A stretch of DNA of 64,000 bases, from assembly GCF_031769215.1 (NCBI RefSeq), contig NW_026781866.1:186001-250000 (forward strand). Reading direction: 5' to 3'. This stretch comes from Ylistrum balloti (Eukaryota). This document shows, one piece after another, positions 26,795-38,260 of the stretch. The notes below the pieces were generated by a model that had not been told where the DNA came from, made no database searches, and worked only from the letters and a program-made list of their open reading frames with translations. Position numbers and translations under genes: made by a program. Within the stretch, counting starts at the first letter, position 1; each line of letters starts with the position of its first letter.

Positions 26795-27320
26795 TGTTAA
26801 ATCATTGTGTCTGTCATGTGTTGTCAGAGTTCTGTTACGTCGCCGCCATGTTTGTTTACTAGTGATATTCCAGTTTGGGGATTCCCTTGCACTTTTATTA
26901 TTTAGACGGCTCTGATTGGTTAATATTTTAGGCACTTATCACTACACCTGTACATTACTATACCTACTCAGGTGACAGGTCTCACGTGTAATTCGTGGCA
27001 TATTATTAAATTTAGCTATATAGCAGAGTGTTCGGGTGGTAATAGTCTGGCAGTAGCTTTTATGTAGCTGGTCAGCTCTCTTTCTCCCTAGAAAGGTATG
27101 TAGGACTCTTTCGGCCTTAGACCTCTAAATTACTCTGGGTTGGGTGGTATTTTCCCCTAGCAGGCAGTTTTTAGTGGTTTATAACACTATGTATGATTTT
27201 TGACAGTATTTTATACCTCGGGTTGGATGGTATTTTCCCTTAGCAGGCAGTTGCTTAAAGTTATTATTATGTTCTGTTAGGGTTTTCGGCAATGTTACAT
27301 ATCCCAGGGTTGGGCAACTG
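26795..27320 (+). repeat. 5' LTR, partial (lacks the first 33 bp and the 3' ~200 bp seen in the 3' LTR)
   Basis: Aligns to 34515-35009 with substitutions and a ~30-bp indel. Confidence 0.85.
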
Positions 27321-27699
27321 CAAGGGGTCCAACCTAAACCGTAGGTCACGGCCTAACTATCCCCGGTCACAACCAAAACGGCGGCGACCATCCGCTTCAC
27401 GACACAGCGGTGAGTAAAATAAGTGTTTTGTCTGCTTACTGAGAACGTTCCTTATCACATCAATATTGCGTTTCGGATCTAGAGGAATTTATCTTTATAT
27501 TCGTGCAACGAATTCACAATATAACCCAGTCCTGTAAAAATAAACGTGAAAACCTCAGTGTTTTGACAGTCAAAACTGGTATCGAGGTCGGTTTTCCTAC
27601 TTATTTGACCAATATATTACATATCAAACATTTGTATGGTGTAACGATAACAGCATAGACAATGCTGCCGGTCTCATATTCCTAGTTTTAATTTTTCTG

Positions 27700-28988
27700 A
27701 TGTAGCTAGTACAGATACCAGTAAAATAAAACATAGGAAACAAAAAGAATCCCAGACTTTTTATGGTACCACAGATTTCAAGGAATACACCATTAACTTT
27801 GAGCAAGTAGCTGAATGGAATAATTGGTCTTCTGAGGAAAAAGCTCAACAATTAATAATGTCCTTAAGGAGGTCAGCTCAAAGGGTATTATCCGATTTAA
27901 CACTTGGACACTCTAAAGACTATGAAAAAGTGAAATCTTTTCTCAGTGGGAGATTTGATCCCCCGGGTAGAGAAATTGCCTATAGGTGTCAATTAAAGTG
28001 TAGGAGTCGGAGAGATACTGAATCGCTGGTAGACTATGGACAGGAACTTCGCAGGCTAGCAGCTTTAGCTTTTCCTGATTTGGTTGGTAGTGCCAGAGAA
28101 ATTACTGTTATTAAATTAGGAAACCTCCAAGGGCTAAACCTATAGTGGTGCATGTAGATCACCTTAAACCGTATCAGGGTAATGTCACACCGGAAGCCCG
28201 GGTAGAGCTAGAGAATCCCCCAGGAACAGACTCTGGTAGCTTATCTGGTGAGGAATACCCCTCAGTTACCCCTCCCTTACAACCAAGCAGTAGTCCAGGG
28301 GAGATAACTCCTAAATTCACAAGGACGGGTAGAAGGATAGTGCCCCCAAGGATATATAGCCCTTAGCTTGGGAAGGTATGATGTTGGAGGTGAAAAAAAA
28401 AGTGTCACATTTTTCTTTTTCTGGTTTGGTCGCAAGCATTTTACAATGCTTCGTAATCAGACAGATACAGCCACTATGTCAGACTTTCTGGACATCGGGG
28501 TAGAGGAGGCAGAGATGGCCATTTTGGGAAGGTATGATGTTGGAGGTGAAAAAAAAAACTGATTTGGTTGGTAGTGCCAGAGAAATTACTGTTATTGACC
28601 AATTCATTATGGGACTAGGCAGTTTTGAGCTAAGGAAACGTACAATTTAAACACCCTACAACTTTTGAAGCGGCAATCACAGCAGCTATTGAATTTGAAG
28701 CCTTTGAAAATGAACAAGTTACCATACGCAAACCTAAGACATATAGAAACAGAGCAGGCCCATGTACATGCATTTAGGGATAGTGAGCCCCAGGGTTCCC
28801 ATGAGCATGAAAGAGATTTAGCCTCTCTGTTGCTGGAGGGATTTGAAAAGCTAGGCAAACAAGTAGCTGAAACAAGGGGAGGTAACCCAAGATACAAAAG
28901 GTGTTACAAATGTGGAGAGATAGGACACATAAAGAGAAATTGTCAAAAAGAGGTAGAGCCTAACTCAACTGTTCCAAAAAACATGTAG
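27700..28988 (+). pseudogene. gag: Gypsy gag, N-terminally deleted, frameshifted and interrupted by a 446-bp insert
   Basis: FEQVAEWNNWSSEEKAQQLIMSLR, YGQELRRLAALAFPD and zinc knuckle CYKCGEIGHIKRNC; stop TAG at 28986-28988. Confidence 0.85.
28113..28558 (+). repeat. Rearranged copy of the pol-end/ORF3-start region inserted in gag, flanked by a 38-bp direct repeat
   Basis: Homologous to 32599-33110. The sequence ctgatttggttggtagtgccagagaaattactgttatt occurs at 28075-28112 and 28559-28596. Confidence 0.9.
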
Positions 28989-31900
28989 AGGTCAAGCGTG
29001 GGCGCGACCGTTTGACAGATTGTACGGGAATCAATGACGAGTCAGAACATAATTTCCATAAAGGGCCTAAAACTAAGATTAGCATAAATTCTATTGTCTC
29101 CGGTTGCCTTTTTCTAGATGGTTCTGTAATGGGTAGAAATTCCAGATATTTAATAGATTCTGGGTCTTCAGTTACAATCTTTGCTACTGAAATGTATTTT
29201 TCACTTCCTGAAGACAGACGGCCAAAATCAAATCCTGTTAATATCATGTTGTTCTCTGCTTCTGGTAATGAGCTACAAGTACAGGGTAAAGCAGTGTTTA
29301 AAATCAAAATCGGTCGTTTAGTTTATGAGCAGGCGGCCATTGTAGCTAAGTTGGATAAATTAAATGGCATCCTTGGTATATATTTCCTCTCTAAGCATGG
29401 TGGTGAGATTAATTTCTTAGACAAAACCATTAAATTGGCGGGACAGAAAGTGGATTTAGCCACTGACGGTTATACTGGTTGTGCTCGCATAAGAGTTAAA
29501 GATTCAGTAAAAATACCCCCAAATTCTGAGTTCCTACTCAAGGCCTATGTAGATGGAGTTCTACAGGATTCAGGTGTAAGAGAAACCCAGGGTTTGGTAG
29601 AGCCCACAGCTTACGTAATCAACCAGGGATTGTTAATGGCTAAGACCCTTTTGGACCCTTGTAACCAAGAGATAACTCTCTTTGTACTCAACTTGGGTCA
29701 AAAAGGGGTTGGTCTCAGTGAAAACACAATTGTAGGAAAATTAAACTCCGTAGGTGCAGTTCATACCATTGGCAGTAGGGCAGACACTAATCAGCAGCTC
29801 CCAGAACACTTGGTCAACTTGGTAGAAAATGTTTCACCTAAACTCTCTATATACCAAAAACAAAATGTCAGAAATTTAGTTTCAGAATACCAGGACATTT
29901 TTATGAGCCCCGATGGGAAGTTAGGTCAGACAAGTGTAGTTGAACATGAAATAGACACAGGTGGTCAAATACCTATCAAACTACCAGCTAGGCGCTTGTC
30001 TCCCGCACAAAAAGAAACTGTTGAGATAGAGTTAGACAAAATGTTAAAAGATAACATAATACAACCTAGCTCTAGTCCATTGGCAGCTCCAGTTGTACTT
30101 GTCACAAGAAAAGATGGGACAGTGAGATTTTGCATAGATTACCGGAAATTAAATTCTGTCACTAAGAAGGATGCATATCCCCTTCCAAGAATGGATGATG
30201 CACTAGACACCTTATCAGGGGCCCAATGGTTTTCAACACTTGACTAAGCTAGTGGGTATTGGCAGTGTAAAATGTCAGATAAAGACAGGGAGAAAACAGC
30301 ATTCTGTACACATAAGAGACTCTATGAGTTCAATGTCATGCCCTTCGGTCTATGTAATGCCCCAGCAACATTCTCAAGGTTTGTGCAGTTGACATTAGGT
30401 CAGCTTAATTGGGTCAAATGCCTCTGCTATATAGATGACGTCATTGTTTATGGGGACACATTTGAAGTAGCTCTAAACAACCTTAGGGAGGTATTCCAGT
30501 GCTTTAGAGAAGCAAACCTTAAACTAAAACCTAAGAAATGTTCCTTATTTCAAACTGAAGTTTCCTACTTAGGCCATGTTGTCTCGGACACCGGAATAAC
30601 CGGTGACCCCAACAAGGTCAAGGCTGTATGTGAATGGCCTCGACCTTGCAACATCACTGAGGTCAGAAGTTTCCCAGGCATAGCGGGTAATTACCGTAGG
30701 TTCATACCCAACTTCTCCTCTATAGCATCTCCATTGACAAAGTTAACAAGGAAAAACAAGTATTTTGTGTGGGATGGTGAGTGTGAGCAATCATTTGCTG
30801 AGCTCAAAAGGCTACTCACAACTGCCCCTGTTCTGAGTTACCCTGATAGTACTGGTCATTTTATTCTAGACACAGATGCCAGTTTGACTGGATTAGGAGC
30901 CGTTCTATCTCAAGTTCTGGGTGGGCAGGAAAAAGTTATAGCCTATGCTAGTAGGACCCTAAGCCGTTCCCAGCAAAATTATTGTGCAACATATAGAGAA
31001 TTGCTAGCTGTTGTGACTTTTGTCAATTTTTTCAAGCACTTTCTCTGGGGTAGACCTTTCATAGTACGAACAGATCATCCATCACTAGTCTGGTTGAGAA
31101 ATTTCAAAGAAATAGAGGGAATGTTAGCCCGCTGGCTTAGTGTCCTTGATATGTTTGATATGAAGATAGAACATAGGCCTGGTAGTCAACACATGAATGC
31201 AGACAGTCTATCCAGAATTTCTCAACACAAATGTAAACACGAGACATGTCCGTCCTGTTATCCTAGGCAGCAGAATCCTCACCAAGACTTAGGCAAGTCT
31301 GCAGAGGTCAAAGTTCATAGCAAGGTTGAAGTTCACCAAGTCTATCAAGAGACTGCTGAGGATTCTCTTAACACCTGGTTGGATACATGGGGTAACAAAA
31401 CCCTTGTAGAATGGCAGCAAAATGATCCAGCTATAGGGCCGATAGTGAAGCTTAAATCAGAGTTTTCTCAAAAACCCCCTAAATCTGAGATACCTATATT
31501 TCCACCTGAGGTTGTCTCCCTTTACCATATGTGGGAATTTCTTAGTATTGGAGAAGATGGTGTCCTATACAGAATCAAACCCTCATCACATCCAGGGAAA
31601 GGGAACAAACAAATCGTGGCACCAGCTTGTGTTAGAAATGAAATTTTGCAACATTTACACAACACAATAGTGTCAGGTCACCTAGGAAGGGACAAAACTC
31701 TTGATGCTGTTCAGAGGCGCTTTTATTGGCCTGGCCTTACAGATGATGTCATCAACTGGTGTAGGACATGTGACTTGTGCGCAGAAAGAAAGTCAAATCC
31801 CCATTTAGGTAGAGTATCTTTACATCCTCCAGAGGCAGTGTCTGGTCCCTTAAACAGAATAGCAATAGATATCTTGGGTGGGCTACCCACTACAGCAAAC

Positions 31901-32852
31901 GGCAATAACTATATCATAGTTGTTAGTGATTATTGTTCAAAATGGACTGAAGCATATCCAGTGCCTAATCATACAGCTTTGACAGTTGCTGACAAGTTAG
32001 TTACTGAGTTCATTTGTCGGTTTGGAACCCCTCAGATAATACATACAGACCAGGCTAAAGAATTTGACTCTGATTTGTTTCAAGCCATTTGTGATAAACT
32101 TGGTGTAAGGAAAACGAGGACCACTCCGTATAGACCACAATCAGACGGCCAAGTAGAAAGATTCAATAGGACCCTGATTCAGATGCTGGCTTCCTTTGCA
32201 AACAAACAAATGGATGATTGGGATGACCACTTACCCTTTGTTATGATGGCCTACAGGTCCAGTACAAATAGCAGTACAGAGTGCACCCCTAATTTAATCA
32301 TGCTAGGCAGAGAGACTTCTTGTCCCTTAGATATGATGGTTGGGTTACCCCCAGGTTCTGAAGAAATATGTACAATTCAGTATGTAGACTGGGTACAGGA
32401 AGCTATGAGAGCAGCTCATAAGTTTGTATTTGGGAAACTGGGAGAAGCCGCCAAACGTCAGAAAACCTATTATGATAGGGATGTATGGGACAGACAGTTT
32501 TGTCTGGAGATGGTATCCACCCGCTATCCAAAATAAATTAGGGCAGGGATGGACAGGACCTTATAAGGTGATTAGGAAGTTGTCAGATGTCAACTATGAA
32601 ATTAAGAAAACTCCAAGGGCTAAACCTATAGTGGTGCATGTAGATAACCTTAAACCGTATCAGGGTAATGTCACACCTGAAGCTTGGGTAGAGATAGAGA
32701 ATCCCCCAGGAACAGACTCTGGTAGCTTATCTGGTGAGGAATACCCCTCAGTTACCCCTCCCTTACAACCAAGCAGTAGTCCAGGGGAGATAACTCCTAA
32801 ATTCACAAGGACGGGTAGAAGGATAGTTCCCCCAAGGATATATAGCCCTTAG
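28964..32852 (+). pseudogene. pol: Gypsy pol (protease, RT, RNase H, integrase) with one in-frame stop (30245-30247) and a frameshift near 32490
   Basis: LIDSGS; LD*ASGYWQ; YIDD; LDTDAS; HHCC zinc finger (H..VSGHLG..C..CDLC); DILG/HTDQ/VERFN core; GPY motif. Confidence 0.95.
28976..29009 (+). promoter_or_regulatory. Putative -1 ribosomal frameshift signal (gag-pol)
   Basis: A_AAA_AAC in the gag frame, a 7-nt spacer, then hairpin GGTC-aa-GCG tggg CGC-GACC. Pol is in the -1 frame and open from 28964. Confidence 0.75.
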
Positions 32853-33058
32853 CTTGGGAAGGTATGATATTGGAGGTGAGAAAAAAAAAAAAAAAAAAGA
32901 AAAAAGTGTCACATTTTTCTTTATCTTCTGGTTTGGTCGCAAGCATTTTACAATGCTGGCCATGGTAAAAGCAAGAATTTCAAAGCAGTCTGGGGGAAAA
33001 AAAAGCATCATGGGCATGCTGACACTATACGTTTCGTAATCAGACAGATACAACCACT

Positions 33059-33670
33059 ATGTCAGACTTTCTGGACATCGGGGTTGAGGAGGCAGAGATG
33101 GCCATTTTGGATGGTGATCTCGAGGTCAGACCTGTGTGGGCCAATGAGGGGATGGGGTGCCCTGTTGCCGCATGTGGGGATAGAATTTATCATCGCTATA
33201 ACCAGCTAGCGAGACACTGGGCCTTAACCCATCTGAGGCACACCGACCTTTTCCACTGCCCCTTGTGCTCCTTCACGAACACAAAGAGGAATCAGATCAG
33301 GAGGCATCTGATCAATAGGCACCACAGGACACCTGCAGAGGCCATGTCTCTGTTTGGCCAGCACCAGGCGGGAGTGACCCAGGAGAACTCCCGGTATGTC
33401 AGCCCTGGTTCCCAGCGTATGCCACGTCGGGGAGTCACTTCTACCCAGGAAGATAGGAGGAGGGCAGCACAGGAAGCCAGGGAGGCATTAGTCAGTGCCA
33501 CCGCTCCGTCCGAGTGCCCTGGAGCCAGGCACATCACGGTAGCCAGGGATCAGGAGGTGACGGAGGGAGGAATTCTACGTGACAGCCATCGTTGGCACAG
33601 GAACAGAAGTGCCGGAAATCCTTACCGGCCAGGACCAGACGTGGATTTTTCTATTTTTGAGGAGGATTAG
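33059..33670 (+). CDS. ORF3 of the Gypsy element: 203-aa protein with two C2H2 zinc fingers
   Basis: CPVAAC-x13-H-x4-H and CPLC-x12-H-x4-H. ATG-initiated and intact, lying between the integrase stop and the PPT. Confidence 0.8.
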   Translation: MSDFLDIGVEEAEMAILDGDLEVRPVWANEGMGCPVAACGDRIYHRYNQLARHWALTHLRHTDLFHCPLCSFTNTKRNQIRRHLINRHHRTPAEAMSLFGQHQAGVTQENSRYVSPGSQRMPRRGVTSTQEDRRRAAQEAREALVSATAPSECPGARHITVARDQEVTEGGILRDSHRWHRNRSAGNPYRPGPDVDFSIFEED

Positions 33671-34468
33671 AGACAGTGCTGTGTTGTTCAAATGAACCTT
33701 TTTTTTCAATTATACTTTGGTTTAGAGGGGGGTGGACTTATTATCACTTCTTAATTGTATATATTCATTGTAAATTTTTCCATGTACATGTATTTTTGTT
33801 TTTTTTCCCATTTATATTGATTTAAGGAGTCCATGTCTGTGCATGTCATCGATTACAGATTGTATTCTTGAGCTGGGGAGTGCTGAATATTTTGTTCGGA
33901 ATCAGGTGATTTCGGATAGGTGTTGTTTCTCATGAGGTGTTACTTTAGTGTAAGCAGCCTAATACTTAAGTATTTGGGGCTGAACACAGTTCACCTGCTG
34001 TGTTTAACATCACATGTGATTCAATGTCAGGGTAGATCCGATGAGTATTCCTTTAAATGTTCACATATAGGTTTTTAGGCCTAGGGTATTGTGGGGCATT
34101 CTGGTTCCTGGATACAGATCTGAAAATGATAACATAACATTGCATTGGTTTTGCTATAATTTTGAAATTTGAGGTTTATTTCAGGTTGAATTGTAACCTT
34201 TTATTGGTTTGTAACTGTTTTTTTGTTTTTCTAATTGTTGGTTTGTAACCATTGCATATCATAAGATGATTGGTAATTGTCCTTTTTAACACCTAGTCAT
34301 CTTGTTGGGGTTGTTATTAAATACTTTTGAATATAGATGTAAAGGCCTTGGTTTATCATGGACGCATGGTTTAAAACTTTGTCACCTTTTCGATTTGTGT
34401 TCTTATTCATTACACCATTGTTCAATCTCGATGTTTGTTTTAGTCCAAATGAGGACATTTGTCTTTTT

Positions 34469-34481
34469 AAGGGAGAGCGAG
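34469..34481 (+). promoter_or_regulatory. Polypurine tract
   Basis: AAGGGAGAGCGAG directly before TGTAAAAG. Confidence 0.75.
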
Positions 34482-35212
34482 TGTAAAAGTAGTGAGTTCA
34501 TTGTACTTAAGTCCTGTTAAATCATTGTGTCTGTCATGTGTTGTCAGAGTTCTGTTACGTCGCCGCCATGTTTGTTTACTAGGGATATTCCAGTTTGGGT
34601 TAATTGGTTAATATTTTAGGCACTTGTCACCACACCTGTACATTACTATACCTACTCAGGTGACAGGTCTCACGTGTAATTCGTGGCATATTATTAAATT
34701 TAGCTATATAGCAGAGTGTTCGGGTGGTATTAGTCAGTCTGGCAGTAGCTTTCATGTAGCTGGTCAGCTCTCTTTCTCCCTAGAAAGGTATGTACTCTTT
34801 CGGCCTTAGACCTCTAAATTACTCTGGGTTGGGTGGTATTTTCCCCTAGTAGGCAGTTTTTAGTGGTTTATAACACTATGTATGATATATGACAGTATTT
34901 TATACCTCGGGTTGGATGGTATTTTCCCTTAGCAGGCAGTTGCTAAAAGTTATTATTATGTTCTGTTAGGGTTTACGGTAGTGTTACATATGCCAGGGTT
35001 GGGCAACTGGGTGGCAGTTGTTTTATGATAGTAAGAATTTACTGGTAGTGTAACCAAGTAAAGTCATAGCCGTCGTCGGAGCCGGTGTATCTTGTTCATC
35101 ATTGTAAATATCTCCATGTTTATTTGTCTGTTGTAACTAATAAACTCGGTTAACTTTTATTCCTGTCTTGAGTTATTGGTCTGTAGCCATGGAATAATAA
35201 GACAGAACCACA
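34482..35212 (+). repeat. 3' LTR (~731 bp), TG...CA
   Basis: Starts TGTAAAAG after the PPT. AATAAA near 35139, a U5 hairpin (ctgtctt..ttatt / aataa..aagacag), and a probable end GAACCACA. The right edge is less certain. Confidence 0.75.
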
Positions 35213-35824
35213 GAGAAGATGAACTAGAAAATATTCCACTATACGATCACTCTGTCAGAAGTACCTGTGTACTGTGACGAATTTAATACTTTTACACTTG
35301 CAATAAACGTATTCAATCTGCTGGTATAACTAGCTTTACATTTCAATATCTTATGTAAGGAATCCGACGGATTCTTTCCTATGACATGTGGTCAGTATTT
35401 TTTCAGGGAAGTTCGTGGTTACTAGAAATAAGCGGCATAAGGCTGGTAATGCTCACAACTGTCATCCAACATAATTATCTGGCACTCATGTTTTTACATG
35501 GCGTGTGTTAACATCGCTCCTGTAAAATTCTTATATTTTACCATTGTCTGTGATACCCTATAAGCTGTATTTGACATGTGTAGTTAGGAAGGTATTGCTA
35601 TTCACATACCTACATTATTTGTGCCACCTATACTGGGAAAAGTGACTTTGGAGCGTTTCTGATATGACCATAGAGTAGCACTACAGGTAGTGACCACCAC
35701 TCACGACCACATTTGATTGTACACCTATAGCTATACACTTGGGACACTTCGCCAGTGTTTTATATCGACACACGGAGAATTTGTATACCTATTCATATTC
35801 TTTCACTATTAGACTTTTGACAAT

Positions 35825-36720
35825 ATGGGGCCCAAGAAGTCTGCGCCGATGTCCATATCTGACAAACTGGAAGAATTGTCACAGAAACTGGAGAACTCTG
35901 TTACGAAGGAGTATATTGATATGGTCGTCGGGAAGTTGAAAGAAGATTTGCAGATCGAGATTTGCAAAGAAAACGAAGAGCTTGTGAATTCCCTAAAGTG
36001 AAGGATAAGCACTTTAGAGTCTGAGAATGAAGTATTGATGACGAAGGTCAGTGTATTAGAACAAAGAGAGACCGACTCTTAAGCTTTGATAAACGACCTT
36101 GAGAACCAGCTCAATGACCTTGAGCAGCATGGCTGGAAGAATTCTGTAAGGATAACCGGTCTGCCTGACCCGTCAGTGAAGGAATCAGTGGAAGAATGTG
36201 TTAAGAAAGTGGTTGACTTTTCTAACACACAGTTGAAAGTTCCCCTACGGACGGAGGACATGGACATCGCCCACCGATTGGGAAGATTCGACAACGCCAG
36301 GAAAAGAACTGTTATTGTCGGGAAAAACACGACATCATCAGGGTTCGGAAGATACTGAAAGGATCAGGTCTCACAGTTTCGGAGGACTTGACGAAGGCCA
36401 ACTAACAGAGACTGTCGGAAGCCCAAGATGTAATAAACATAGATGAGTTAAAAGTTTGCCAAAAGGATTTAGAAGCTATAAGAAAGCATAATCTTAAAGG
36501 AATATTTTAAGGTCAAAAACCCACAAGATATTTTTTTTCAATCTGGAAAACAGGAACTTTGTTACTAAAATCATACCAGTTATAGAAAAAGATAATATAG
36601 AAATATTTAGAAATCTAGGGAAAATCTTAAATGAAGTAAAACAATTTTTTGAAAAAACTGTATTCAGAAGACTATGAATTACATAACATTAACTGGAATG
36701 ACAATCTTAGTAACAGTAAT
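35825..36720 (+). mobile_element. L1/Tx1-like LINE remnant (coiled-coil + RRM ORF1, ORF2 fragments)
   Basis: Coiled coil, then NDLEQHG.KNSVRITGLP..DMDIAHRLG..RTVIV..GSGLTVSEDLT with stops. Downstream, a degenerate FFNLE.RNFVTKIIP. Confidence 0.75.
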
Positions 36721-37615
36721 ATAGAAAAGTTTAATTTTATAGAAAAAAAAATCTGACACTCATTTCCCCAACAACTTTATTTTTTAGCATATTTACAACG
36801 GCCGCCGTTGTGTAGATGTCTCTAGACCGCGGCTGGTAATCTATCATTGTTGCCAATAAGAGACAAGTGGGTAATTTTTGTAATTTACATATTGATGAAT
36901 TACCGACGAATGCATTTCTTTTTTCCAATGCACCGTATCTATCTTACTAGAAGGCGCGTCGTCACAAAAGAAAAATCCATAGTAAAACAGGTAACAAATC
37001 TATGTTTCTAATAATTAGAAACCATTCCTCTACTTGAATACCTTCGTCATAAAACATTTTTTGAAAGTCAGCTTTGATAGGTGTAAACACGTTCCGTATA
37101 TTGACAAAAACGCACGCCTAAAGCAAATAATTCACTTAATACGAGAACGCACTCGCGATTCATATATTGTTGTATGGATCACTGAATTGTAAACGATAAA
37201 ATGACCCCTTGAAAGGAAATCCAATCCCGACCGACTTAGATGTGGATATTCGATAGCGATGTGTCGTTGTAATTTACTGACTTATTAATGAGACCACCGT
37301 AAACAATCAATAAATTGATGTTTTCTGACATTCTTTTATGTTATTACATGGCATACAAATCGTGTTCTTTATTTAACCTTTTCAGTATAGTTCCATGATT
37401 CTCTCTACCTGTAAATGCATTGCTTGTGATTGATCTATATATTAATCCTTATCAATGTACCAGTTTGTTGCCCCAGTAGGTTAATATATAGAACCGGTTC
37501 CCAACAACAACGTTAAAAATAGACTGAGGGTCGACAACCATGTTTTAAAGTATTGAACAGTGAGATGTAGTCGGAACAACGGCAGTGTACCTATCCAGAT
37601 ATTAAAGTAGACGTG

Positions 37616-37629
37616 ATGAGGAAATTCAG
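37616..37629 (+). CDS. Fucosyltransferase copy 3, predicted first coding micro-exon (MRKF-R)
   Basis: ATG AGG AAA TTC AG|gtaaga has a consensus donor. Phase 2 matches the acceptor at 41459|41460, giving MRKFRLIRKKALTVLVF. Confidence 0.6.
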
Positions 37630-37989
37630 GTAAGATCTTTTTTTATTTTTTAAAAATAAGTTTTCCTCTTTGAAACATATTTTAAACAATCGTTGTGAAG
37701 ACCGTGTCTTTATTGAGGAACAATGAATCCCTTCCTGTTGGAATGACAAGGAGTTAGAGAGCAAATGACGATCATCGATCGTTACTTGTGTTGTCATCTT
37801 AGTAAAGATATAATGAAGGCGTGTCCTCTATATTTGACAACTTCATATTGACACATAGAAACACACATTGAGTCCCTACATATCGACATGGAATATAACG
37901 CAACCTCGATACATAATCACATCGTATTAGTGCATTCAACGTTTCATGGTCGTCAAAGCGTTCGAACAGAATTATTATTATGACATTCG

Positions 37990-38260
37990 TATCTGCTCGT
38001 CAACACATACCAGGTCAAGGCCATCAAACGTTGAAACACACAGCGATCCAATAAATAGTGGACAGGTCAATGTAGTACAATAACAATGTTTAACGGTGAA
38101 TGGTTTATCACACCGACGATTATATTCGCCTTTCAACATATACGAATGCGTAAGGTATGTATGGCCCATCCGAAGACGGGCAAGAACATCGACTCGGTGG
38201 TTGACTCTTTAGCATGGAGACCATTCATCGAAGAAAGGTTTTACGGAGTGCAATTAATTT
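37990..38260 (-). mobile_element. I-clade LINE ORF2 C-terminal fragment
   Basis: RLRMGHTYLTHSYMLKGE...CDKPFTVKH. Confidence 0.85.

Larger units (their letters stand above)
26795..35212 (+). mobile_element. Ty3/Gypsy LTR retrotransposon with extra zinc-finger ORF; defective copy
   Basis: Paired LTR homology (26795-27320 vs 34515-35009), gag with CCHC, PR-RT-RH-INT order, PPT and ORF3. Confidence 0.95.

Noticed and set aside
35213-35220. Target-site duplication for the large Gypsy element
   Set aside because: The 5' LTR start is missing, so no matching upstream flank can be identified.
36816-36995. Alternative upstream exons for FucT copy 3 (ATG..TG|gtaatc at 36816-36835; donor CAG|gtaaca at 36991)
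   Set aside because: The first has a weaker donor and a less typical tail than 37616-37629. The second may be a 5' UTR exon but cannot be tested from sequence.
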